A stretch of DNA of 18,124 bases from an uncultured delta proteobacterium (GCA_963778655.1 CAVZVA010000004.1:1-18124), one strand, 5' to 3'; shown: positions 6,811 to 15,205, counted from the stretch's first letter. The notes: generated from the letters alone by a model not told the origin. Program-made: numbers and translations.

Positions 6811-9288
6811 TCAGGGTGTCGCGCAGTACGCGAAGGCCGCGCCGCTGGCGGCGGTCACGTAGGACGAGCAGCAATCGGACACGCCGCCCGCGGCCATGGG
6901 CGTGCCGTAGCCGAGCGCCTGACAGTCCTGGTACTGCAAGAACTCACCGTCGGTTCCGGTCGCGCTCTTGCCGTCGCAGCAGTCACTGTAGTTGCCCCAG
7001 CTGGTCGTGCCCGCCGCCTGGCCGCTCGCCGCGACCGCGGGACCGTCGCCGAACAAGCTCATGCAGGTCTGCGGGGTGGTGCTGGCCGTGACCGATGCGA
7101 TGTACGAGTCGTAGCAGGCGGTGATCGTGCCGTAGCTCGGAACCGTGCACGGCCCGCAGCGCTGCTGCGCGGCGATCGCGGCCTCGCTGCAGGTGACGTA
7201 CGAGCCGCCGACGTAGCACGTGCCGCAGCTCGTCCCATTGACCATGCGGCAGCTCTTGCCACCGCTGCAGCTGCGGCTGCTGTCCCAGGTGTTGTCGTCG
7301 GCGCACTGCTGCACCTTGGCTGCGGCGCTCGGATCGCAACGCGTGTCCTGATAGCCCCAGGTGTTGCCGCCGAGCACGTTCGGTCCGACGCACTGCACGC
7401 AGCCGAGGTGCTCGCCCGCGCCCGACACACGGCACACGGTGTCGGTCGGACAGTCCTCGGGCGTGCCCAGCAGGCCATCGGAGCCACAGGTGGCCTGCTG
7501 GCTGAAGCCGGTGCTCACGCCGTCAGGCGCCGTGACCTGCGTGCCGGTGCAGCGCTTCTCGTCGGGCACGCATTCGAGCACGCAGGCGGCGTCGCGCTTG
7601 CCGGGCGTGGCGCCGATGGTTGAGCAGGTGCCGACCGGGCAGCTCTTGGCCGTGCCCCACTTGCCGTCGCTGCCGCAGCTCTGCACCTGATCGCTGACGT
7701 CACAGCGCTTCTCGCCCGGCGCGCAATCAGCCCCGCAGATCGCCTTGTGCAGCCCCATGGCGTCGACGTAGTCCAGGCACTGCCCGTCGGAGTCGCAGGT
7801 GGTGAGCTTGGCGCTCCAGATGCCGTTCTCGCAGGTCTGATACAGCGTGGTCGGCACCAGGCTGTCGACCAGACAGCGCTGCTCGCCGTCCTTGCAGGTC
7901 ACATCGGTGTCGCACGCGCCCGGCACACGGCCGTCGGACTGCGCCTGGGTGCCCGTGGCGCGGCAGATGCCGACGTCACAGGGCGCCGCCGCCTGAAGCT
8001 TGCCGTCGCTGTCGCAGGCCTGGATCTGGCCGCCGCTGCACGAGCCACCGACGGCGTCCTGGTTGGTGATCACGTAAGCGCACACCGGATCCACGCAGAT
8101 CGCGACCGGCAGCGCGCTGGCGTCGAAGTCGGGCTTGATGGCGCACTGCTGGCGCAGCTCGCCGTCCTGGTTGCAGCTCTGGGTCGGCCCCCAGGTGCCG
8201 TCGTCCTGACACTCGGCCCAACCGTCGGCGATGCTGAGCTGCAGGTTCTGGGTGCAGGTCTGCTCGCCCGGGGTGCAATCCTGGTGGCAGGGGCTGCCCA
8301 TCGCGGCGCGCGCCGGATCGCAGGTCAGCAGGCCCGTGCACTCGCCGAGCGCCCACTCCGGCAGCCCGGACGCGGTCTGGGTGCCCGGTTTGCACTGCGT
8401 GTAGTGCGTCTTGGCGTCCACCTTGGGATCGCGCGGGTCGCCGCACTTGATCTCGCCGGGTGTGCAGGGCTTGGGCACGCAGCTCGCCTGGTCGCGCTCG
8501 GCCTTGCAGGCCTCGTTGACGCCGCACTGGGTGACCTTGAGCGAGGTGCCGGCCACGCACTCGATGACCTGGTTGTCGCTGCCGCACACCGAGCCCAACG
8601 CGCACAATGGCCCGCGGCACTGGCCACCCTCACAATAGGTGTCGTTGTCGCAAGCGACCACGGCGAAGCCCTTGCCCTCGCCCAGACAGCGCAGCGCGGT
8701 CTTGTTGTCCAGACAGCGGCTGGGCACGTCGCAGGAGGCGTCGGGATCGGGCGCGCAGCGGTCGACCAGGCATTTCTCGCCCATCTCGCACGGTTGCTCG
8801 ATCCACTTGCTTCCGTCGCGATCGCAGACCTTTTCCATCTTGTCGCTGCCGCAGGCGCGCGATTGCGGCGCGCACACCTGAATGCCGCCGTCGCTGAACA
8901 CGCACGCGCCGTCGACGCAGCGCTGGCCGGCTTGACACGGCTGCAGCTGCCATGAGCGGCCGTCCACGCAGACGCGCGCAACCCGGTCGTCGATGCACTC
9001 GCTGTTGCCCGCGGCGCACTCGCCGTTGCAGGCGCCTTCGACTCCGCTGCCCGCGCCGGCGTCGCCGCTGCCGCCTCCGCCGCCCCCGGAAGGCGCGCCG
9101 CAGGTCTCACCCGCGGGGCACTGGTAGAGGAACCAGCTGTTGTGATCGCCGCCTGGCACGCAGCTCCGCAGCACCGACGTCGACACGCATTCGGCGTGGC
9201 CCAGCTCGCACACGCTCTTGCTCTTGCAACCCAGCGCAATGCACAGCAGCGCGCACAAGCCAATCGATCCCAAGCAAGCCCGCGTCAT
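6811..9288 (-). CDS. Cysteine-rich repeat lipoprotein (twelve 6-Cys modules plus a Cys-rich C-terminal domain), putative surface protein
   Basis: Signal peptide with lipobox ALG-C21. Repeating consensus C-x-PG-xx-RC...C-xx-DG-x-W...C...C...C. SD-like GAGGGGAG just upstream of the ATG at 9288. Strong GC bias at third codon positions in this frame. Confidence 0.85.
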   Translation of the reverse strand: MTRACLGSIGLCALLCIALGCKSKSVCELGHAECVSTSVLRSCVPGGDHNSWFLYQCPAGETCGAPSGGGGGGSGDAGAGSGVEGACNGECAAGNSECIDDRVARVCVDGRSWQLQPCQAGQRCVDGACVFSDGGIQVCAPQSRACGSDKMEKVCDRDGSKWIEQPCEMGEKCLVDRCAPDPDASCDVPSRCLDNKTALRCLGEGKGFAVVACDNDTYCEGGQCRGPLCALGSVCGSDNQVIECVAGTSLKVTQCGVNEACKAERDQASCVPKPCTPGEIKCGDPRDPKVDAKTHYTQCKPGTQTASGLPEWALGECTGLLTCDPARAAMGSPCHQDCTPGEQTCTQNLQLSIADGWAECQDDGTWGPTQSCNQDGELRQQCAIKPDFDASALPVAICVDPVCAYVITNQDAVGGSCSGGQIQACDSDGKLQAAAPCDVGICRATGTQAQSDGRVPGACDTDVTCKDGEQRCLVDSLVPTTLYQTCENGIWSAKLTTCDSDGQCLDYVDAMGLHKAICGADCAPGEKRCDVSDQVQSCGSDGKWGTAKSCPVGTCSTIGATPGKRDAACVLECVPDEKRCTGTQVTAPDGVSTGFSQQATCGSDGLLGTPEDCPTDTVCRVSGAGEHLGCVQCVGPNVLGGNTWGYQDTRCDPSAAAKVQQCADDNTWDSSRSCSGGKSCRMVNGTSCGTCYVGGSYVTCSEAAIAAQQRCGPCTVPSYGTITACYDSYIASVTASTTPQTCMSLFGDGPAVAASGQAAGTTSWGNYSDCCDGKSATGTDGEFLQYQDCQALGYGTPMAAGGVSDCCSSYVTAASGAAFAYCATP

Positions 9289-9313
9289 ATTCTCCCCTCG
9301 AAGCTGCGATCTT

Positions 9314-10516
9314 TCACTTCACGACGACCGGTGGCGGCGGCGGCAAGGGCGGCAGGTCCAGGCAGCCGTATTCGATCGAGATGCGGCTATAGGCGCCGGC
9401 CAGGCCCTGGTCGCAGAAGGGCCCGAACAGATCGATCTCAGTCCCGTCGGCGTTGATCGACCAGCCGCCGCCATCGCCGAGATCGCGCGCGGCGTCCTTG
9501 CGCGCGCCCTGCTCGGTGACCACCACGTGCACGTCTTCGGGGTTGGGCGCGGCCGGATCGAGCGGGACGCTGCAGCTCGGCAAGGCACTGGTCACCGTCT
9601 CGCTCACGATGTCGGCCAGCTGATGGCGCAGCGTGCGTGAGTCGTTGGGCGTCAGGTGCTGCATGGTGCCGCCGGCCATGGCCAAGTCGTCGAGCACGGT
9701 CACCGCGCTCTCGGAGCCCGGCAGGCCCACGACATAGGTCTTGATGCCCTGGGCAAGCCACATCGGAGGAATGGTCGAAAGCGTGCTGTTGTCGCAGTTG
9801 GGCTCGCCGTCGGTCAACACCACCACGCGCGTGCTTCCGCTCAGGCTGGCGGCGCTGAGCGCGGTATCGGCGGCAACCAGCGCCTCGCCGAGCGGCGTGC
9901 CGCCGCTGGGCGAGCCCGTGCTCAGGTAGTTGTCCCAGGCCGCGACGAACGCCGCGCCTGGCACGAATCTGATCTGGCTGGGACTGTCGATCGAGTCCAC
10001 CCCGCACGAGCTGCCGGAGCTGGGGAAGATGATCGCGCCCACGGTCAGGTACTCGGCCAGCGAGGAGACGGCGTCGCGCACCGCGTTGCCGGCGGCCAGC
10101 CAGCGCGTGGTGCTGCCCCAGGCGCTGACCATGCTGCCGGAGCTGTCGAACACGACCAGCAGGTTGCCGGGCTCCACGTTTGTGTTGACCATGGGGTCGA
10201 GCTCGACGCTGCCGCAGGTGTTCTGATCGGGCGGGCGGACCGCGGCATCGCCGGCGTCGCCCGCTGCGGCATCGGGCGGCATCGATGGCTGCAGCGGGAC
10301 CCGCGCGTCGACGTTGCCGAAGTCGCTGCTCCCGGAGGCCGCGTCGCCTGCGTCGCCCGAGGATGTGGACGACGAGACCGCGGCGTCCTTCTGCTTGGAA
10401 CCCATAGACGTGTCGCGGCTGTGGGTCTGGTTGCCGGTGCAGGCCGCGACCGCCAGCGCGCAAGCGAGCGCGATCGCGGCCGAGCTGAGAGCGAAGCTGC
10501 GCTGCGGGTCGGTCAT
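9314..10516 (-). CDS. von Willebrand factor A (vWA) domain lipoprotein with intact MIDAS site
   Basis: Lipobox VAA-C, Ser/Asp/Gly-rich linker, MIDAS DSSGS (LLVVFDSSGSM), GGTPLGEAL, VVLTDGEPNC, IKTYVVG, C-terminal IEYGC and poly-Pro tail. The ATG at 10516 (MTDPQ) puts the signal peptide at the N-terminus and is preferred to 10612. Confidence 0.9.
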   Translation of the reverse strand: MTDPQRSFALSSAAIALACALAVAACTGNQTHSRDTSMGSKQKDAAVSSSTSSGDAGDAASGSSDFGNVDARVPLQPSMPPDAAAGDAGDAAVRPPDQNTCGSVELDPMVNTNVEPGNLLVVFDSSGSMVSAWGSTTRWLAAGNAVRDAVSSLAEYLTVGAIIFPSSGSSCGVDSIDSPSQIRFVPGAAFVAAWDNYLSTGSPSGGTPLGEALVAADTALSAASLSGSTRVVVLTDGEPNCDNSTLSTIPPMWLAQGIKTYVVGLPGSESAVTVLDDLAMAGGTMQHLTPNDSRTLRHQLADIVSETVTSALPSCSVPLDPAAPNPEDVHVVVTEQGARKDAARDLGDGGGWSINADGTEIDLFGPFCDQGLAGAYSRISIEYGCLDLPPLPPPPPVVVK

Positions 10517-10579
10517 ATGGCGGTCGGCTCGCGACAACTCGTTCACCCCGGGCTCGTCCGGAGCGAGACGGACGACGCT

Positions 10580-10608
10580 ATGGTATCGTTCCGCATTCAC
10601 AGCCACAA
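10580..10608 (-). promoter_or_regulatory. Candidate sigma70-type promoter for the vWA/Cys-rich operon
   Basis: TTGTGG (10608-10603)-N17-TACCAT (10585-10580) on the - strand. It overlaps TGgTATCGT (10581-10589), an extended -10-like element on the + strand. Confidence 0.3.
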
Positions 10609-10736
10609 CCACGCGAACGCGCGAACGCCGCCGTCCCGTACGTGAACGACCCGCTCATCGCCCGCTCTGGCACACTCCGGCACAGTCGGGCTCACCGGCT
10701 CGACCCTGCCTCGACCGCCCGTGGACGCGAGCGCCG

Positions 10737-13304
10737 ATGATCGCCCTGTTGCGCAAGATCAGCCTGCGTCACCTGGCGCGGGCGCCGCTGCGTTCGCTGC
10801 TGGTAGTGATCGGCATCGCGCTCGGCGTGGCGCTCTACGTCGCGACCGAGGCCGACGCCGACAGCATGCAGCGCGCGTTCGCCGATCTGGTCGCGCGCGT
10901 GTCGGGCCGCGCCGACCTCACCGTCGAAGGCACCGGACCGGGCGTGCGCGCCGACCTGACGGCGAGCGTGTTGCAAGTACCGGGCGTGGCCCACGCGGCG
11001 CCCAGCCTGGAGGTCGCCGCCCAGGCCACCGAGCTCGGCGACTCGCTGCTGGTGCTCGGTGTGGACCTGCTCGGTGACCCCTATTTCCTGCCCTTTCGCG
11101 ACGCAGCGCGGGTGCAGGGCATGGACGACCCGCTGGCCTTCGTCAACGACCCGAGCGCGCTCTTGCTCTCGGCCGGCTTCGCGCACAGGCACGGCCTGCA
11201 CGCCGGCAGCCGCATCCGACTGCTGACCTCGAACGGCCCGCGCGACTTCCACGTGCGCGGCGTGCTCGCGGACGGTGGCGGCAGCCGCGCGCTCGGCGAT
11301 CAGGTGGCCGTGATGTTCCTGGACGCCGCCCAGCTGGCGTTCGGGCGCGGCGAGTTCGCCGACCGCATCGAGGTGGCACTGGCGCCCGGCGCCAATCTCG
11401 ACGCGGTGCGGCTGCGCTTGCAGCGGCGGCTGGGCGACGGCCCCCGCGTGGGCCGCCCCGAACGCATCGGCACCCGCCTGCGCCTGCTGGCGCGGCCGCT
11501 GCACGCCGCGCTCTGGACGGCGGCCTTTCTGGCGCTGCTGGTGGGCGCCTTCCTGGTCTACAACGCGGTCGGCGTGGCGGTAGCCCAGCGGCGCAGCGAG
11601 CTCGGCTTGCTGCGCGCGCTCGGCGTGCAACGCAGGCAGGCGACCGCGCTGTTCTGCGCCGAGGCTTGCTTGCTGGCGCTGCCGGGCAGCGCGTTGGGGC
11701 TCGTGCTCGGCCGCTTCATCGCGGGCTACTTCACCGCCAGCACGCTCGAGTCGATCGATCTGCTCTACGCCTCGGTGCCGCAGCTGGTACCGCGAGTCTC
11801 CGGCGTGCTGGCGCTGGAGGCGACCGCGGCCGCGGTGCTGATGGCGGCGGCGGCGGCATTCTGGCCGGCACACCGTGGCGCCGCGTTGCAACCGGCGCTG
11901 GTGCTGCGCGGCACGTCCGGAAGCGCGCCGGCTCGCCCGCGCTTGCTGGCGATGCTGCTCGGGGGCGGTGTGCTGATCGCGCTCGGCCGCCTGCAGCTCC
12001 TTGCCGGCTCGTTGATCGGCGGCGCGGTCGCGATGACGCTCACCGTGCTGGGCGCGGCGCTCGCGACGCCGGCGGGGGTGGTCGCCCTGCGCCGGCTGTT
12101 GCGGCGGCCGGTCGCAGCCGCGCTGGGCGTGCCCGGACGGCTCGGCCTGGACTACGTCGAGCGCTCGCTCGGCCGCAGCGCGGTCAACGTGCTCGCGCTG
12201 ATGGTGGCGGTGGGCATGAGCGTGTCGATGGGGGGCTGGCTCAGCTCGCTCGAACGCTCGATCGCGCGCTGGGCGCAGCAGGTCGGCACCGCGGACCTGA
12301 CCGTGACCCAGGGCTCGCCGCTGCTCGACCGCCGCCACGTCCCCCTGGCGGCCGGGGCCCCGCAGCGCGTGGAGCAGGTGCCGGGCGTGGCCGCGGTGCA
12401 GCGCTTCCGCATGGTCGACCAGCGCGTCGCGGGCATCGAGCTCAAGCTGGTGGCGACCGAAACGCGTACCTTCATCGAGCACAGCGAGCGCCGCGGGCGA
12501 GGCTGGCGCGTGCTGCAGGGCGCGCCGCTGCAAGCGGGCGAGCTCACCGATCGGCCTCGCATCCTGCTCAGCGAAAACGCCGCCAGCCTGCTCCACGTGC
12601 ACGCTGGCGACACGCTCCTGCTGCCGACGCCCAGCGGCGATTTGCGGCTGCAGGTGCGCGCCGTAATCGTGGACTACAGCTCCGAGCGCGGCGCCGCGTT
12701 CATCGACCGCAGCGTGTTCCGGCGCTACTGGCAAGACGATGCGGTCGACGGCGTGTTCGTCTATCTGCAGCCGGGGACGCAGCCCGACACGATGGCGGCA
12801 CGGATCCGCGCGGCGCTGGGCGACGCCGGGCCGGGCGGCACGGTGTTCGTCACCCAGACCAGCGCGGTCGAGCGTCACATCGTGGCCTCGGTCCGCCGCA
12901 CCTTCGCCTACTCGCACGCGATGGAGCTGATGACCCTGGTGATCGCGCTGATGGGCGTGATCGGAACCATGGCCGCGGCCATCATCGACCGCAGGGCCGA
13001 GATCGGGGTGCTGCGCGCGATCGGCGCGACCGCCTCCCAGGTCGGCACCTCGATCGTGGTGGAGGCTGCGTTTCTCGGGCTGTGCGCGGCGGTGGCGGGC
13101 ATGTTGCTGAGCGTGGTGGAGGTCGAGATCTTCTTCCACACCATGCTGGTCGTGCAGACCGGCTGGCACCTGGACTTCGCCTTCCCCTGGCGCACAGCCG
13201 CCCGCACCTGCGGCCTGGTGGTGCTGACCTCCGCGCTCGCGGGCGCGCTACCGGCCTGGCGAGCAGCGCGCAAGGAGCGGCTGACCGCGTTCGTGGGGCA
13301 GTAA
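10737..13304 (+). CDS. ABC transporter permease, FtsX/MacB family, duplicated (2 x periplasmic core + FtsX domain), 855 aa
   Basis: RSLLVVIGIALGVA, VAVAQRRSELGLLRALGV and second-half AIIDRRAEIGVLRAIGAT motifs, with two large periplasmic loops. The ATG at 10737 (MIALLRKISLRHL) is preferred because the track start at 10314 overlaps the vWA gene. Confidence 0.92.
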   Translation: MIALLRKISLRHLARAPLRSLLVVIGIALGVALYVATEADADSMQRAFADLVARVSGRADLTVEGTGPGVRADLTASVLQVPGVAHAAPSLEVAAQATELGDSLLVLGVDLLGDPYFLPFRDAARVQGMDDPLAFVNDPSALLLSAGFAHRHGLHAGSRIRLLTSNGPRDFHVRGVLADGGGSRALGDQVAVMFLDAAQLAFGRGEFADRIEVALAPGANLDAVRLRLQRRLGDGPRVGRPERIGTRLRLLARPLHAALWTAAFLALLVGAFLVYNAVGVAVAQRRSELGLLRALGVQRRQATALFCAEACLLALPGSALGLVLGRFIAGYFTASTLESIDLLYASVPQLVPRVSGVLALEATAAAVLMAAAAAFWPAHRGAALQPALVLRGTSGSAPARPRLLAMLLGGGVLIALGRLQLLAGSLIGGAVAMTLTVLGAALATPAGVVALRRLLRRPVAAALGVPGRLGLDYVERSLGRSAVNVLALMVAVGMSVSMGGWLSSLERSIARWAQQVGTADLTVTQGSPLLDRRHVPLAAGAPQRVEQVPGVAAVQRFRMVDQRVAGIELKLVATETRTFIEHSERRGRGWRVLQGAPLQAGELTDRPRILLSENAASLLHVHAGDTLLLPTPSGDLRLQVRAVIVDYSSERGAAFIDRSVFRRYWQDDAVDGVFVYLQPGTQPDTMAARIRAALGDAGPGGTVFVTQTSAVERHIVASVRRTFAYSHAMELMTLVIALMGVIGTMAAAIIDRRAEIGVLRAIGATASQVGTSIVVEAAFLGLCAAVAGMLLSVVEVEIFFHTMLVVQTGWHLDFAFPWRTAARTCGLVVLTSALAGALPAWRAARKERLTAFVGQ

Positions 13305-13323
13305 TCGGCCGGCTGGGCGGCGC

Positions 13324-15168
13324 TCATTCGTCGAGTCGGCCGGCCAGGGCCACCAGCGGAGACAGCAGCGCTCGGACCGCTGCCCGCAAGGCCGGGCGCT
13401 CGCGGATCGCGCTGGCCAGCGTGGGGCCAACGCCGTAATAGGCGGCGACCAGGGCACGGCCCGGCGTGTTGGTCAGCAGGTGCCGATCGCGCAGGCGGCG
13501 CAGCGCGCCGATCTCGCGAGCCAGCGGGCTGCCGTAGGCTGCGGTGGCGACGAAGCACGGGCTGACGGTAGCGAACACACGCCGCTTGGTGGTGAGCTCG
13601 GCGCTGGCGATCGGGCCGAAGCGCGCGCAGGCGTCCATCGCGCGCACCGCCACGTAGTAGTGCGTCTGCTGCACCAAGCCTCCCATGTCGAACGCGACCG
13701 GCGCTCCGGCCGCGGCGTCGGTCGGCACGATCAGCTCGGCGGCCTCCGTCGTGGCCTGCTTGGCCGGCATCGCCGCCATGAATGAGGCTTCGTCGGTGAT
13801 CGGCGTGGTCGCGACGCGCACGTCGTAGCGGTAGATGCCCTGCGCGTGCGAGGCCGCGTGGAAGCTCACATGCGCGCGCTGATCGGCCTCGAGCTCGTCG
13901 GGGTAGTTGTCGGCGCGCAGCTCCGACACCGCCGACGGCGGCGTATCCTGCAGGCACGCAGCAGCTGGCCTGACCACGAGCTGCAAGCGCCAGCCCTCGG
14001 CGCTCTGCTCGAGGCGATCGGCGCCGCTGCCCGGCGCGCCCACCGGATCGTCGGTCATGTCGTTCATCGGCTGCATCTGGCCGTAGCTCGCGTCCTGCAC
14101 GTCCCAGCCGCCCGCGCTGCCGGTCGCGCTGTCCGTGCTGAACACGCGCTCGACGTCGCCGCCGATCTCGAAGTCCGCGCAGTACGCGACCGAAGGCTGG
14201 CCGCGATAGGGATAACCGAAACAAAGCGCGTAGTAGTCCCATCCGTCCTTGGGGTCGCAGCTGGAGCCGAGCGCAGGGGTCGGGTAGCTGGAATCGTTAT
14301 AAGCGACGTTGTAATCGCCCTCGACGTTGATCTCGACGCAGGCTCGATAGCCGCCGGGCCCCCAGGACTCGGGCACCGGGAACAGCACCTGCTGCGGCGC
14401 GTCGCCGGCCGGCGTGGCCATGGTGACGGCGTCGATGTCGGGCATCACCTCGCGCGCGTGCGAGGCGTAGAGCGCGACATCGGGATGGTCGAAGCAGCCC
14501 CCGCCGCTGCAAGGCTGCAGATCGCGGCGTGGCGGGTACAGCGAGTACAGCGATAGCGCGCGCATCGTGTCCTGCGACGAGTGCGGCGGCTCGTAAGGCT
14601 CGGCGTAGCCGTGGTCGATGTCGTCCTGGGTGATGAAGCGGCCCTTGTCGCTGCTGAAGACGCTGGCGCAGCTCACCGCATCGAGCGCGTCCTTGCTGGA
14701 ACGGGCGCGGTTGAACGACAGACAATAGTAATCGTCCGGCGAGTAGTCTTTGGTGGTGCCGGAGCGCGAGGCGTCGCCCTCGCTGGTGCGATTCTGGAAG
14801 ATCACGCGCCGGAACAGCTGCGCGCCCGGCACCGAAGCCCGGCGCCTGGCCCAGATCGGCAGCGCCCCCTCGCGCCGGCCGTAGGGCCAGCGGAAGCCGC
14901 TGTTCATCTCCGAGGCGCCGGGACGATTGCCGATGCCCCGGTACGCGACGGCTTCGGTCAGACGCACCGTGGAAAGAAACTCGCCGCTCTGGCGCTCGAT
15001 CCAGATCGCGAGCTGCGCCCTGGGCACGGGCGTGAAGTGCAGCTCGACCAGCCCGGCCGGTTGGGCGGGGGCGTCCTGCGAAGGCGCACCGTCTTGCGCC
15101 ACGGCGGACGCGGCGGTGCAGACGACCGCGATCAGCGCCAAGAGCCCCTGCACCCCATTCGGCCGCAT
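13324..15168 (-). CDS. Secreted/surface protein: DUF2271-like N-terminal domain, fibronectin type III domain and CFI-box-CTERM tail
   Basis: Sec signal peptide (...ASAVA/QD). QLAIWIERQSGEFLSTV...LPIW...DAVTMATP...GGYRACVE resembles DUF2271. FN3 pattern PPSAVSEL...YDVRV...GGLVQQTHYYVAVRAMD. C-terminal CFVATAAYGSP...LRRLRDRHLL...GRALVAAYYGVGP (13557-13324) is the CFI-box-CTERM pattern. Confidence 0.85.
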   Translation of the reverse strand: MRPNGVQGLLALIAVVCTAASAVAQDGAPSQDAPAQPAGLVELHFTPVPRAQLAIWIERQSGEFLSTVRLTEAVAYRGIGNRPGASEMNSGFRWPYGRREGALPIWARRRASVPGAQLFRRVIFQNRTSEGDASRSGTTKDYSPDDYYCLSFNRARSSKDALDAVSCASVFSSDKGRFITQDDIDHGYAEPYEPPHSSQDTMRALSLYSLYPPRRDLQPCSGGGCFDHPDVALYASHAREVMPDIDAVTMATPAGDAPQQVLFPVPESWGPGGYRACVEINVEGDYNVAYNDSSYPTPALGSSCDPKDGWDYYALCFGYPYRGQPSVAYCADFEIGGDVERVFSTDSATGSAGGWDVQDASYGQMQPMNDMTDDPVGAPGSGADRLEQSAEGWRLQLVVRPAAACLQDTPPSAVSELRADNYPDELEADQRAHVSFHAASHAQGIYRYDVRVATTPITDEASFMAAMPAKQATTEAAELIVPTDAAAGAPVAFDMGGLVQQTHYYVAVRAMDACARFGPIASAELTTKRRVFATVSPCFVATAAYGSPLAREIGALRRLRDRHLLTNTPGRALVAAYYGVGPTLASAIRERPALRAAVRALLSPLVALAGRLDE

Positions 15169-15176
15169 GCCCTGCC

Positions 15177-15205
15177 AGCCTAGCGCGGCGCGCGGCTCCG
15201 CTCAA
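15177..15205 (-). promoter_or_regulatory. Candidate sigma70-type promoter giving a leaderless or nearly leaderless transcript of the CFI-box gene
   Basis: TTGAGC (15205-15200)-N17-TAGGCT (15182-15177), 8 nt upstream of the ATG at 15168. No clear SD sequence. Confidence 0.45.

Noticed and set aside
9314..10516. Assigning cglB or cglD to the vWA lipoprotein
   Set aside because: Myxobacteria encode many vWA lipoproteins, no gliding (glt/agl) genes are adjacent, and orthology cannot be shown by eye.
10668..10682. TGGCAC as a sigma54 -24 box upstream of the FtsX permease
   Set aside because: The following GC is one base too close and lacks TTGC; sigma54 spacing is strict.
10314..10736. 141-aa N-terminal extension of the FtsX permease given by the track (likewise extensions at 1826-1864, 4089-4247 and 10517-10612)
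   Set aside because: They overlap neighbouring genes, hairpins or promoter-like regions. Family-typical N-termini begin at the downstream ATGs.
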